Assembly: GCA_013265495.1 (NCBI GenBank) | Contig: MU058065.1 | Location: forward strand, 3,947,003 to 4,011,002 | Source: Vicugna vicugna | Taxonomy: Eukaryota | Direction of reading: 5' to 3' | DNA: 64,000 nucleotides | Part shown: piece after piece, positions 50,541-63,935 of the stretch | Layout of the letters: the number at the start of each line of letters is the position of its first letter | Position numbering within the stretch: position 1 is the first letter of the stretch | The notes under the pieces: generated by a model | Told to the model about the DNA's origin: nothing | What the model saw: the letters and a program-made list of their open reading frames with translations, nothing else | Database searches by the model: none | Translations under genes and position numbers: made by a program

Positions 50541-51604
50541 GTGGAGCACAGAGTGTTATAATTCAAGAAAAGGAATTTGGGTTTTACTCTAAATAGAATA
50601 GGAAGCCATTGGTGGATTGCGAGCTGGGGAGGGTGTAGTATACAGAGTGAGGTGAGGTGATTTGACCTTATCTTTAAATCATCACTCAGTAGATGTTTCA
50701 TCAAGGGTGACTCTTGCTACACACTTGGTTAAACAAGAACTACTCCTTGATTTATTTCTTTAAAATCAAATTAAACCCCGTTCCAAACTCCATCTGCTAG
50801 GCTGACAAGAAATGTATTCCCAAACATTGTTGTGATTCCTCTTCCCATTTTTTTTTCTTTTTTACATCTTAAACTAGTTACTGAATTCAGTGTGTTTGTG
50901 ATGGTGAGTGTAGTTACGCAGTCCCAAAGCACTGGAGGCTTGGAGCATTCCAAGCACTAATCCACCATGACCATTATTGAGATGCCCATTTTTGGAGCTG
51001 AAATATTTCCAGAGAACTGTAACTTCCCTGCCATCCATAGGCTCTCGGCTGAGTGGGAGCCCTGCACCTGGTGCCCTGCCCGCAGTGCACCTTGTAGCTG
51101 TCCTGTCACACTTCCCAGGTGGTTCTTAAATGTATGAGATATGCTGATTTCCCTCTCCTTCTCAGGCCTGGGGACAAGTTTCTTCCTGTTTTTCTTTCTC
51201 TCTCTCTTTCCTCATCCCAAAGAATGCTTAGTTCCATCTTTTCAATCACTCATATTTCAAAAGGGACAGGAAGAAGTCTTGCCTTCAGCACCTCTGGCTC
51301 TCCCATTCCCTGCTTCTCGAAGTCTCTGAAGCAAAGAATTTGAATGGACTTGACTTTCTGCTCAAAACAAATGAATGAGAAATAAAGGGAAACATGCAAT
51401 TCTACCCCAGGGAACTATCCTGCCATACTAGCTGTTATTATTGTATACAAGACCTTAATTGGTTATTGAATATTTTTAAAAGTCTCTAAACAGGTTAGAG
51501 TCACATGAGAAATATGATCTATGGGTGGCTATGTAAAAGCATGAAAAGTAAAGAAATGGTTTCTAAATGATTTATTCCTCCTAATTTTCTTCATGTCTGA
51601 GATC

Positions 51605-51757
51605 TTGCTACTCAGAGTGAGATCCCGAAACCAACAGCACTAGCGTTTCTTGGGACTTACAAATGCAGAATCCTAGGCATCATCGCAGAATCAGAAGCTC
51701 CATTCGAACAAGATCCTCCAGGAGAGTGATGGGCACAGTCGAGTGTGAGAAGCCCTA
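51605..51757. mobile_element. MER5A-like hAT MITE
   Basis: GCTACTCAGAGTG...AAATGCAGAATC...GAATCAGAA...AACAAGATCC...TGAGAAGC. Confidence 0.8.
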
Positions 51758-53589
51758 ACCTAAGACACAGCGGCTCTGCTTTGGAGCTTACTTTCCTGTC
51801 CCGTCAGTGGCTCCTCCTGATTAATTAATTCCTAATAGTTCATCAGAGGTAAAACCAGGTGCCCGTGATGTGTGAGGGGCTGACCTGAGGGATGGCGGGG
51901 ATACACTAACAGTGTAAGACAGCCTTTGCCTTCAAGGAGCTCATGGTCTAGTTGGACAGATAAGATACAAACACTTGAAAAGTGAATAAGGATCTAACAG
52001 TACGAACAATAGCAGGTCAATGGGAGTTTATAATAGCCAGGTGCTTAAGGATAGAAAGGTCGGGTTTCAGCCAAGTCTGAAAGATGGGAAGGATTTGTTG
52101 TTCCAAATTATAGAGCTTTATTCTCTTTGAATCTAAGGTCGTAGGAAGAATAATAGGGAGAAAAAGAAAGTTCCTTCTAACGAAGAGGTGCCAGCCAAAG
52201 GCAGAGCACATTTCTGAGAGAAGCAATGCAGTGCCTGTGTCTTTGCTTGCACACAAACCCAAGTACAGCATTAGACAGAGTCCAGAAGGTGACAGTTTGC
52301 TGCCAGATTTCTCTTTTCTTTGAGGCATGTTTGATAGCAGAGTGCTGAAGAGAAATAGCCCGCAAGACATCCTCAGAAGTGGCAACCATGTGTCCCTGCA
52401 AATGGGAGGCACATCTCAAACGTCAGGCGACACCCATTGTTTCCAGCCGATGTGGGCAGTTGGCAGGGGTGTGAAATTGCAAAGGCCATGAATATACATA
52501 TCATCTTCTTCTTCCGCTACAGTCTTCTACTTACTCCAACAGAAAAATCCCGAGAGAGGGATGTAGAACATCTTTCTCCCTAATAAGATGGCTCAGATAT
52601 GCAAGGAATTCTAAGCATTTGATGGTCACAGTCTGTAAGCATCCTGAGGTTGGAGCCACGCAGCAGACCAGAAAAAGATGCTACGGTTGGTCCGCACTGA
52701 GGCTCCTCATCCTACTTCAATATTAATAAAACATAATGGAGAGTCCCTACCTTTTGTTGAACTCATAATCTTATTTTAGCATTTTAATAATTATTCATTA
52801 CAATTTGTAGGGGCCACGTTGCCCATAAGACACAATTAGAGGTAAGATGCCCTTTCCAGGGTCACTGGCTCTACACAACTTCTGTAAATATGACTGCTGT
52901 ATTATCCTTGTACTACTCGATCAGCTTTGGCAATCAGGAATTTAAGATCTAATTGGATCACGTCAAGTATATTTACATCGTACATGAATCCAAGAAAAGA
53001 ATGTGATGAGGACACCATAGGTTTCATTCAGGATTATCTAATTGTTTTTATCCTAAAATATGGCTCCTCTCATCTCCCTGGAACCCACATGCTAAATTAG
53101 GGACTTCTGGCTGCCAGAATTCATCTGCGTTCTTGGATTTTCACTTTGAAAACTTCCAAAGGAGACGAGGAATCCTGCTGATAACAGGGTAAGCCTCAGC
53201 TATGGAAGTCAAGCTGGTGATAAATATGAGGAAAACCTTCATCAGTTTTAATGAATACAAATAGCATAATGCCTGGACCAGGGGAGTCTAGGGAAATGTT
53301 CAGCATGGTTCGTGGGTGGAATTCAAGAATTTTTAAAAAGACTATTGGGGTAAAAGGGTCCCTGGTTATGATACACACTAATGGTGAGGTGGGGAATAGG
53401 GGCATGAGGAGCACTTTATGCTTGGATAAGTCTTTGAAGGTTAAGGCTTTAAAAAAAAAATACTTTCTCTGTTCAAGGCAGCATGTACTTCCATTGAGCA
53501 GCGGAGGGGGTAACTGTCAACTGGAAAGAATGGCAAACTGAAATCTGGACCAGGAATTAGTCCAAGCAAATGAGAGGAGCTGAGAACAC

Positions 53590-53950
53590 ACTGTTTGAGC
53601 AGGTTATTGAACCAGACATACTGGGCTTGGATCCTGGTTCTTCCAGTTGGTTCCAGCACTGGAAGAAAGACTAGCTGTGTTGGATTTACTGAGAAGCAGG
53701 ATGTGTGTTTTCTGTCTCTACTGGGCAAGATAATTCCTCAATCTGTGACCCAGGTTCCCCATCTGTTAGATGAGAATGTGATAGTAAGTCTGTGCAAATT
53801 AAAAGAGTAAACATAAAGAGATTTAATGTATAAATATATATATATATATGTATATGCACAAATGAATATATTTATTATCTATAAATATGGTTATCTTAAA
53901 AAGAAGGCCTGGCCTGCGCACTGCAAATACCATGGTTTGTTTTTATGGAT
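53590..53950 (+). mobile_element. MIR fragments
   Basis: GAACCAGAC...TGGGCTTGGATCCTGG; CTCAATCTGTGACCCAGGTTCCCCATCTGT. Confidence 0.6.
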
Positions 53951-54189
53951 GTTGGTATACTTACAATATAATAATTGTCATTGTTGGGTTGTAAATGAGC
54001 CGGCATTACAGGAAAATAAATCAACAGCAGGGACCCATGGAAAGAAATTGTTTCTAAGTCTCTCACTTTCCTTAGAGTGTTAAAAATATAAAGGGCTGGC
54101 TTTCACTGGGGACCTTGAGTGTCCAGCCATGGATTAGAAATGGAAAGACTTAGCCAGTGGGAGGAGCGGCAGTGCTACAGATACGTGAG

Positions 54190-55240
54190 AAAGGTTCCAG
54201 GGGAGATGCTATCCAAACTGAGATCTCAAAGATGAGAAGTTAGTTAGACAAAGGTGAAGACAGAGGGTGTGTGCAGAGACCCAGAGGTAAAGGGAAGTGT
54301 TTCCCTTTTAGAGAGGGCAAATGGTTCAATTTCTCTGGAAGTGGCAGCAGGCTCAGTATAAAGACAGTGAGAGAGGCGTGCAAAGATCAGGAAGAAGTTT
54401 GTGATGGGCTCCTGTGTCGTGCCAGAGACTTCAGACTCACCCCAAACATAGTCGGAAGCAGTTGAAAGATTTTATGCAGGGAAGTGGGTCATGGTCCAAT
54501 CTGTGCTTTTGAGCTATCATTCTGGCTACAGTGTGGTGGGTGAATGTTTTAAGGAAAATTAATATTGGAGGGTGAGAGTTTAGACTACTTTCATTGTACT
54601 TCAGGCAAGAGATGTTGGTACATTAAAATAAACACAATAGAGTCCTGTCATATGTTTATTGGAGTTCAGTTACATGCTGTAAGCAAGAGTCAGAGGAGGG
54701 AAATGGAAAAAGAAAAAGACACAGAGATATAGCACTTTAAATAGAGAAGTGACCACAGTCCCACTCTGCTATTCGATAGGAGTGTGTACCCTGGAGAAAA
54801 CCCAGACATCTCACCACGTTAAATGACATTCTAGCATTCAAATGTGTGTATGTTTTCATCCAATATGGCCCCTAAATACAATTCCATGTCTTCATCTAGT
54901 GCCCAACTGAAGAAACAGTTGTTCCAACACTGGAGACAGAAAGAACTGTGTTGAGTTTGCTGAGACGCAGTATGTCTGCCTCCATGGGGGTGCCTTCCTG
55001 AGAAATTCTCAAGAGCAGCCATAACTCTACATGACTTACATCTAGCCTCAGCTATTTGGAACCTAATCCTAAGTGAGGTGTGACTTCCCTGCAGTAACAA
55101 TGGAAACAGAGGAAAGCAGGGGGGTTGAAGAGACGTTGAGTAGGTAGAAATGGCGACACCTTGTGATGCTTTGATGTGGGTGCAAGAGGTAAGGAGGAGT
55201 CAAGATTGATGAACAGGGTTCTGCTTTGACGATGGGGTCC
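54190..55240 (-). mobile_element. L2 fragments (about 54190-54620 and 55080-55240)
   Basis: TGTGCAGAGACCCAGAGG...GAAAGATTTTATGCAGGGAAGTG...TTCTGGCTACAGTGTGG; GTAGAAATGGC...GGAGGAGTCAAGAT. Confidence 0.75.
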
Positions 55241-55900
55241 ACCCTTCGCCTCCTATCCCCCAATATTACGAAAAAGTGAAAAAGCATCCCTCTTCTCTCC
55301 TGATCTCTGGACTTTAGCGTGACAACATGGGTTCCCCTTTGGAGAGCGGCAATGAGAAAAAGTATGCTGCAGTCACACTGCCTCTCTCCTTATGTTTATA
55401 CAGTGGTAGGTTCAGATTTAAAGAGACATGAAAGTCAGGCCAAAGTGAAAAGCTATGATCAGATTTCTCCAATGGTTAAAAGGAGGCTGTGGAATTCCCA
55501 GAAATTAAGATACTCAGACCCTATAATCTACCCTGTAGGTTCAAAGCAAATAGACTCCCTGGAGCTGAAAGAAATATAGTTGCCATCTGACAGGTGAATA
55601 AGCAGTGTAGCAATGGAAGGAAGAAAACTAGGGATTAGTCTAAACTCTGGGGAGGTAAATAATTTCCAGGGTTGACAGGCAGTCAAAGGCAATCCAGGAA
55701 GATAGATGAGCCAAGTTCGGTAAATCGTAGTGTAATCCTCACGCCAGAGGCTGCTCTGACACGAAGGACTGGTATATAGTCTCGGAATTTATCACATTTC
55801 TTTGGCCAGAGCCTCTATCCAGAAATCTGCCTAAATACACAAATAACTAGCTGCTAGAGAGTATGAGTGGAGGAGGAAATTGGGAGGGAGATTAGGGGGA

Positions 55901-56696
55901 TATATTAGTCTGGGTTCTCCAGGGAGACAGAACCAAAATGATAAGTGATTCAGTATAAGGAATTAACTCACATGCTTACGGAGGCTGAGAAGTCCCATGA
56001 TCTGCAGCCCGCAAGCTGGGAGAGCCAACGGTGTAGTCCCAGTCTGAGTCTGAACATCCGAGAACCTAGAGGTCTGATGATCGAAGTTCCAGCCTGAGTC
56101 TGAGTTCGGAGGCAAGAGAAGACAGATGTCTTAGCTTGAAGAGAGGCAGAAGGAAAGAGGATTCTCTCTTCCTCCACCTTTTTTGTTCTATCCAGGCCTT
56201 TGATAGATGAGATGAGACCCACCCACATTGTGGAGATCAATCTGAGGAGAGTCAGGACTGTTGGTAACTTGGTGATATTTTTAATATTTATTTTCATGGA
56301 GGATCAAATACTTTCTAACTCTGGGCTCGGGAGCTGGCACCCCTGCTCCACTCCCAGGTCCCTGAGAGCTTGGATAGGTCACCTCCCCTTGCTGGGCCCA
56401 TTTCTTCATCTGGAGGAGGCTCCTGCTGGTGCTGACATTCTATTGTAGAAAAATGGGGTCCTCTGATTTCTTTTCACCAGGGGCAGTGACACTCTATAGG
56501 GGAGGAAAAGCTCAAGGTCAACTCTTAAGTGACTTAACAGCTCTATAAAAAAAATCAAGTCCAATCCAAAAAAAAAAAATCTACTGATTGAACTGTGAAT
56601 CTCATCCAGAAACAGTTAATGTTAAACCAAATATCTGAGCACTTTGTGGTCAGGTTGACACATAGGTCAAGTTGACACATAAAATAAACCATCACG
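55901..56696 (-). mobile_element. MLT2B-like ERVL solo LTR split by an insertion
   Basis: TATTAGTCTGGGTTCTCCAG.GA.ACAGAACCA...GGAGGCTGAGAAGTCCCATGATCTGC...GTCAAGTTGACACATAAAAT.AACCATCAC; flanks GGGGA/GGGGC; internal 17-bp duplication about 56648-56681. Confidence 0.9.
56245..56579 (+). pseudogene. Poly(A)-tailed insertion, possibly a retroposed 3'-UTR fragment
   Basis: Non-LTR sequence interrupting MLT2; TATAAA at 56544-56549 and A-run at 56568-56579. Confidence 0.45.
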
Positions 56697-58844
56697 GGGG
56701 CTTCAGGTCTGCACCCTCTCAATTCAAATAGAACTGCTCTGGTTGGATCTCCCCCTGGGATTTGACTTGAAGAAAAAGCTCTGGCTGTAATGAAAAGTGA
56801 GCAGGACACTTCTAGAACTCGAATCACCAAAGGACTTAGCGTATTTGCTGACAAGAGTCCACTTGCCTCCTTGTTTGCTTTTACAATTCCCTGGACGCAC
56901 CAGCGGTGATCTTGGTCTCTTGTGGAATAGCTATTCCACGCCACACATTCAGTTGGACAGTTCCTGCCTTCCAATATTCCTCTGGGTTTCTCAGGTCCCG
57001 AGAGGCTTCTTTCCTGCGTGACCTCATGAGGCTTCTTAACACACGAAGTTTCTCACCCAGAAGGCATCTGCTCTGCTCTTAGCTTAAGTTGCTGCGGCAG
57101 AAGCCACTCTTCCATTTGCACTGTCCTAGGACATCATGCCTTCTAATGATTACCTGGTTATGAATAAGACCATCGTGACAAGCAGCACAGGTTTGACTGT
57201 GCAAGGGGCTGGGGCTGCTTTGGAAGACTGCTAGGTCCTTTCTAGATCTTTCTCTTGAGCTCCTACTAGAGGCAGCTGGAGGAAACAAAATAACACTTGA
57301 AGTTAGAAGAATGGCAGAGAAACCTACCAGATTCTAATTTTCCCACCACTTTGGTTCCCACTGAACCTTGGGGCAATTCTTGTAAAACACTCACACAGAT
57401 ATTCAGAAAGGGAAACAAAATGAACAACAGCTAGAATCGTCTCCACTACAACAGTGTCTCAAACAAGCTCAGGTGGCATGGCCACCCAAAGGAATGGTGT
57501 GTTTGAAGAACACCAGGAGGCGATCAGGTTTATATCACAAAATAAATATGTGACTCTACTAAATCAGCTGCCACAGTTTACTTCACGTGTTCTAGGAGGG
57601 ACCGGCGAGATCAGGTGCCAAAGGTCCAAGCCAACGTTGTGGAGGAAATACTTAAAATGGAGAAGATGATATCTACAAACTAAATTTTCTCTGGGACGTG
57701 GGAAATGACTGCCATCAATCAATTTTATTGGTAATTTTTGTGGCTCTTCTGAGCACCACTGGATCCGGTTGTCAAGGCTTGCCGGAAAGGGAGAGGTAAT
57801 TAGAGAAAAGATAGAACTTTCTAAGTCCATAAAGGTAGGCGATTTTTGAAAAAATTTAAAAATCTCCGCTGACCTGTACAAAAGGGTTCACTCAGAATAT
57901 ACAGCCTAGAGGCTGGTTTTATTCCATGGCTGCTGTGGGATTGCTTCCTATTAATGTCAAGTCTTAAACAGCAGAATCCCTGTTGGGAGAGGCAGGCGCC
58001 GGCATGCAGTCTTTCCAAGCCCTGCATGGTGGCAGGAGAATGTGGCTTGGGTCTGGGACATTTCCGTACAGAGATGTGAAGCATCCTCACAGCCTCTCAT
58101 TGTTTGGGAATATGCTCCCCGATTCTGGACTCTGTGTGTACTTCCTTGTTCTGCTTAAGTGTGTGCATCGTATGACACCTGGCCAACCCTACTGCTGTGT
58201 CTGTTCCTGGTGGGGAGAGAGAGCGAGTTCTTTGCCTGGAGCACAGACGGGTGTGTGCAGACCACTTCCCTGCGTTGGCTGTGGCTGAGCCCAGCCGGCC
58301 GTGGGGACTGACACTCTCTTGGAGCTGATTTTGCTCTGTCTCTTTGCTCTGTGAGTCAGTCATTGTTCCATCCAGTGCCTCTGTGCGTCGTGTTTTCCTT
58401 GGGGAGCCCCACACCAGCACACTCTGCAGTGTGCTGACCTCTTGGGGCTGCTGCCCCCGGCGACAGGCACTGTTAGGTTCCCTGGAATCCTCCAGGCAGT
58501 GAGACTTCTCTCCTGGCGGTGGGAACAGGTTCATTTGCTCAAGAATCCCTGCATCACATTGCTGGGAGCAGTCCACATCTATTTCCCACAAAATCTAAGG
58601 AATAGTTTGAAAATAGTTGAGAGGAAAATCACTGTGCAGTACTGAGCTATAGCCTAATGGGCAAAAGAGTCTCCTGTGGCTTCAGGAGCCCAGAAGTCCC
58701 ACTTAAAAATTTTTTCTGATGGTGGTGGCATGTTTAACCATGTGTTTGAGAGCTGTGAATTATTTGTTTTAAAATTATATCAAAGGCTTTTAGTAGTACT
58801 GTATTTTATTATGATGCAATTAATATATGCATGTCTTAGTCTAG

Positions 58845-59160
58845 ATGCCCCTACAGGCAAAGCCTGAACAAAGATTTATTTGCATACAGAAAATTTATTT
58901 CAGAGGAGGAGGGAGGGACTGGGAAGAGTGAAAGAGAAGGAGAAAGGGTGGTTGCAAAAATCTGTTATTGTGCTAGTGTGCCGGGTGTGACCACAATCTG
59001 GTCACCACTGTGGGCAGCCAGGGGTTGGTTGCTGGGACCTGCTGAGCACCCCTAAAATGCACCTCAGTGTGTCCATCTTAGGGTGGGAGGATTAGAGGAT
59101 TTAGCTAACGACTCCGCCCCCCACCAGTTAAGGGCTGCCTTGTGGGGTGTCACTGCTCTG
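58845..59160 (-). mobile_element. LTR16-like ERVL LTR fragment
   Basis: CCTGAACAAAGATTT...TTTATTTCAGAGG...GGTCACCACTGTGGGCA...AATGCACCTCAG...TAAGGGCTGCC. Confidence 0.65.
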
Positions 59161-59169
59161 AATCACCAT

Positions 59170-59720
59170 TAAAAAAAACCCAACACTATATTGTTGTGCA
59201 CTAGTTTTATTATTTCTTTAGTGTTGATCCACAGAAGTGAAAATCCTTGATTACAAGTAAAAAGTATGCACACATTTAAGGCTTTGAATGCACAATTAGC
59301 CCCCAGAAAAGTTGTGACTTCCCCACCACTGTGCAAGAATGCCTCTCTTTCCCTGTTTGATGTTATTATTGCTTTCTAACTTCTGGAAAGTTAACAATGA
59401 TTAGCTTTTACAATGAAGTATTGTAAGATATTTTGTATTTTCATAATTTTAACTCTCTTCTATCTTTAGTGAATTTAAATTTTAAAAAAAATTGTTGACA
59501 ATTTGTTATGTTCATTTCTGTAAATGTTCTTTGCCCACTTTTTTTCTATCTAGGCTTCCTCTTTTTCTGATTAACTTGGAATTAGTCTTTTCATTATGTT
59601 AATGCAATTAAAAATAAAATATGTATCAAATATGCTGCCATATACAAATTCCAAATGTCCCTCGTTTATTCATTAATGGGGCTTTTGGATCTTTACGTTG
59701 AACTTTTTATGTAGTGAAAT
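59170..59720 (-). mobile_element. Old L1M fragment
   Basis: CCTAGAAGTG-like CCACAGAAGTG, CCCCAGAAAAGTTGT, CCCCACCA.TGTG..AGA.TGCC, TCTTTGCCCACTTTT. Confidence 0.65.
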
Positions 59721-60599
59721 TTATCTAAGGGACTTAATCTACCTTAGGGACTTAAGACCTTGTTTCGAGATTAAGTTGATTTGGGAAGCTACATGATCTT
59801 CACATGAGGTGGGGGTGAGACCATACGAGATCACCCAGTGAGTAAATGAGATAACTGAGATTTGAACTCAGTTCTGTCTGATAACTAAGTGTGTTCCACT
59901 CTCTAAATCTGAAACAAGTCTTTCTGAATTATATTTTTGGTTCCCTTGACCCAAGACTTATGATTGATCTTCAGTGAAACTTTATTATAATGAGATTATT
60001 GTATCTCTATTGATTGTAAACTGCTCTACTGATCATGTGTGGATCTGACTTCTTTACTCAACCTCCTATTCTCAGCTTTTCTGATATAAAATCCAAAGTA
60101 AGAAAGAATAGAATAAAGCAAATACGAAAGAATCTATACATCAACTTTGTATATATTTGTGCTAAACTAAATATAATGTCCTAGTTGATTACATTATTTT
60201 AAAAACCTTTAATAGTGTAAATGGAAAGTCTGATAATAACAAGAGAAACAAAGACGGGGGAAAATCACATTATCCAGATAAAGTGTTACTTTAGTAAATG
60301 GAGCATCTGGCTCTGGGATGAAATATTTTTATAATGAATAAAACCTGGCCAACACAGGATAAGAGTGAAGACAAATCAGAAAAATAGGGCATTAATACAG
60401 AGAATGGAGACATTATCAATTACAGGGATAAATACTGCAAGAAAAACATTAACCCTGCAGGTTTTGTGAAACGCAAATTACAAATGCTTTTAAGATACCC
60501 TTTCACCTGAATCAGACCTTTCCTGAGCCCAACGAAGTGCTGTGACTGAGGTACTGAAGCTTAAAGCATCAGAGACCATGCTGGCCTTTACCACAGCTG

Positions 60600-60990
60600 T
60601 AAAATACCCATAATACAGAGCTGAATGTGCAAGACTATAGAGACATACACAGCACGACACGGATACGCTCTGAAATGTGTGAGTGGGAAGGTTTCGCTCA
60701 GTAGGTGATATTGGACTTGAGCCTTGGGGAAAAGAAAGGATTTTGATAGGAAGAGAAACAATACTGCTTGAAACAGAAGTTTAGAAGAAGACAAAGGCAT
60801 GTGAAAATGCATGAATCCTTTTTTAGGGTACATTTAGAGTAGTTTAGAGTGAGTGGAACAGAGGTCCATGGAGGCATACTCTGTGTAATGGAGCCAAATA
60901 AATAGTTTAGTTATGAATTTCTTGAGCGTATGTGGTAGGAAGCCAAATTAAACGAATGTAAGCAAAGAAGAAGTCAGTGGAAGGAGTCAG
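60600..60990 (-). mobile_element. L2 fragment
   Basis: GGGAAGGTTTC...GGTGATATTGGAC...CAAAGGCATG. Confidence 0.5.
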
Positions 60991-61959
60991 GGTTACTTAT
61001 TTCATAAAGTGCCCAAGTAACAGAGTTCCGGGGGACGTGAACCTCTGAAACAATGAGAAACAGATCCTTGAGCATCTTGGCCATCTGATTCTCCTCTATT
61101 TCCTCCCAAAATGGCAGCATCATACTTCTCCAGTCTGTGCGAACACAGTGACCCACATAGCCACGGGTTTTGCATGCTACGGCTTTGGGCTCATTGACCC
61201 AGCTTGGGTCAGGCATCTACTTCAAACCAATCAATTTGGTCAGAGGCAGAGAAAGACATTTCCAGGAAGAAGAAAGGGGCAGGGGGTGCAGGGCTATAGA
61301 GAGAGTCCCACAGATTTCCACTGCAAATAGGAAATGACAACACTATAATTAGCAAGTTTCAGGGGTCTAATTTACCTTCCAATTATCCTTTTCCTTTTCT
61401 TCTTTTCCACCCTGCCCCAACTTGTGAATCTCCATCCAATGCCCCTTGCCCTTGATCAGCCTGTCTCTCTCTTCTTGTAATCTCTTCCCTGTTCAGTGGC
61501 TCCTTCTCTTTAGGATGCCCTTTTCAGGTATTTTTCAAAGCACAAAAGCAGCAGCTGACATGTCCAGATCAAAAACAGTCAGCCCCAAATTAGGATGCAA
61601 CTATATCTTCCATTCGTGTTTTCATTCATCGATTGCTCATTGAACATCTGTCATTCACTGTGGGGATAAAGGGATTAAAAATTAATAGAAATAGTCATAG
61701 CTTAAATATGTTGAGTGATCACCATGTGTGGCACCTATTAATTACACACAGGAACTCAGCTATATTTAAGTAACCAAGTGGTTGGGATACAAACCTAAGC
61801 TTTACGACTCCAAAATCCCTGTGTATGGCCACTGATTGTCTGAAATGAGGGGTCCTGTCCCTGTCCCAAAGATGATCATCGACTAGTAGACAGAAGCAGT
61901 GTAGAGTAATAATCACAATGATGTTGGTTAGTACTGGCTTACTAATGAGAAGAATACTG

Positions 61960-62400
61960 GGCGGGGAGGGGCATCTGACCCAGTCTGAGAGGATCTAGGA
62001 GGGAGGGCAGCATCCTGGAAGACTGAGCCTGAGCTGAATCCTGGCTTGACTTGTAGTTGACCAGGTGAGGGAGGGCTTGCGGAGGCTTCTGGGTGGAAAA
62101 GAACAACAGTGCAAGTATGAGTGAGGAGGTGGTGGTGGTGTGCACTCATTGAACTGCCATGAGGTTTAGCAGAGGCAGTGTTTAGGTTGGGATGGAGAAC
62201 AGAGCCAACAGATATGACTAGAAAAGCAAGCAGCAGTTACATGAGAAGCATGTTGTACATTACACTGACTTTGGACTTTAACTGGAGGCAATGGCTAACC
62301 TCTAAAGGATGCTAAACATGATCAAAGTAATATATTAAAGGGACCACTCCTAGAGGCAGTATAGAGGCCAGAGGCTGGGAGACTAAAACCAAGGCTAAAT
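61960..62400 (-). mobile_element. L2 fragment
   Basis: TGACCCAGTCTG...TCCTGGAAG...TGAGCTGAATC...GAACAACAGTGCAA...TTTGGACTTTA...GAGGCAATGG. Confidence 0.7.
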
Positions 62401-63589
62401 AATTTGGGGCAGGCACAAGTGTTCCATTCCTGCATCTCTAGGACCTAACCGATTTTTTTTTTTATTGAAAACAGGAATGAATAAAGGGGCTGCCACAGCA
62501 ACTTTGGCAAGAAATAGGAAGGCTGGGATTAAGACAGTCATGGTGGGGATGGGAATCGTAAGGTGAATTCTCTGGACAGGAGAGCTTTGTCCAACTGCAC
62601 GCGCCTTTCAGTTCATTAGCTCTTCTCTTTTTCATTCTGAACCACATCAAACATGTAACAGGATAGAAAATAAAGCTCACCACTTAGGATTAATACATCA
62701 TAGTTACTTGCCCTCTTTTTCATGTCTTGAGTATTTTTCATCATGTGAGAATTTATCATTATTATTTGTAATTGTTTTATTATATAAAACCTGATCGAGA
62801 TGACACACCATCATGTACTTCAGCATTTCTCTACTGAAATATGACATCTAAGCCCCTAGTCATTTTTGACAGATCTCTCTCTCAGAGAAGGATGCTGCAG
62901 TAAAGAGCCTCAGACATAGCTGTGTCCTTGAGAAAGATCACTCTCCCCCCTTTATTGTCCATTTTGCTTAGTGTTTGTAGGAACTGGCATCTGGGGAAAG
63001 ACTGTTGTAGGCATAGTTGATGTAGACATACAGGCTATTTCTTGGTTGAAGGCTCTGAAAGAGGTGATTGCACCTGAAAGCCATCCCTAAAACAGTGACA
63101 CATTTTTCAGGAAAACATTTTTTTTTATTCTACAGATTTTAAAACCTGTTTTAAGATTGCATCCAGACTGTTTACATCTAGAATAGTGTATGGCACATAG
63201 CAGCTATTCGACATACATTTGTGGAAAGAAGGAATGAACAAATCAATCAAAGGGAGCAAATGCAGACAGATCAATTAAAAAACCCAAAGCCCATTGCATG
63301 GGCGCTGATTTGTGCTCAATTTCCTAGGACACAGTTTCTTTAAAGAAATCATCATTTCTGCCAAGATCTGAAACATGATGGGAAGGTGTAGAAAGAAGTC
63401 AAATCATATTTAGAAGATAACAGTATGCTCAGTTTAGAAGAGATGTTTTGTTTCAAAGAGAAGAAAAGTCCACTAGAATTCTGTTGTATGTAATAGTGGG
63501 AATTAAGCTGATAAATTGCAAGAGGGTGGGGTTATTGAGGGGGGAGGCAGAGAGAGAGTCTGTATATAAACTTCATTCATTATGCAGAG

Positions 63590-63935
63590 GACCATGGGAG
63601 TAAGGTAGCGATCAGGGACCACAAAATTGCAGTTTAACGTTTGCTCTGCCACTAACTGTGAAATCTTAGGTAAACCAATTTTTTAAAAAAAAATATATAT
63701 GGTAAGAGCAGTTGGCAATGTTCTAGTATTTTAGAGTTTAGGCTCTGGAAGCCACCAAACTTGGTTTCAAGACTTGCCACAAAGAACTATTTGCTAAACC
63801 TTTTCCAGTCTTTGTTTCCTCAGACAATGGTGAACAGAGTGCCTGCTTTATGAAGCTGTTATGAAGATTAAATGAACTAGTGTAAATTCCTGGTGCATAA
63901 TAACCTCTCAATAAATTCTGTCTGTATTTATTGTT
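63590..63935 (+). mobile_element. MIR fragments
   Basis: GCTCTGCCACTAACTGTG; GGCTCTGGA...GTTTCCTCA...TGAAGATTAAATGA...CCTGGTGCATA...CTCAATAAAT. Confidence 0.75.

Larger units (their letters stand above)
49806..50700 (-). mobile_element. L2 relic interrupted by MER33
   Basis: GGTGGTAAGGAAATGCCTC...GAGGTGACTTTTGAGCAGAG...GGAGGTGAGGTC; resumes after the MITE as AAGGAATTTGGGTTTTACTCT...GGAAGCCATTGG. Confidence 0.75.

Noticed and set aside
58415..58436. Perfect 9-bp hairpin CAGCACACT-CTGC-AGTGTGCTG
   Set aside because: Roughly one such stem is expected by chance in 64 kb; too short for a pre-miRNA
58097..58591. 164-aa minus-strand ORF
   Set aside because: GC-richer patch with no homology I can recognise
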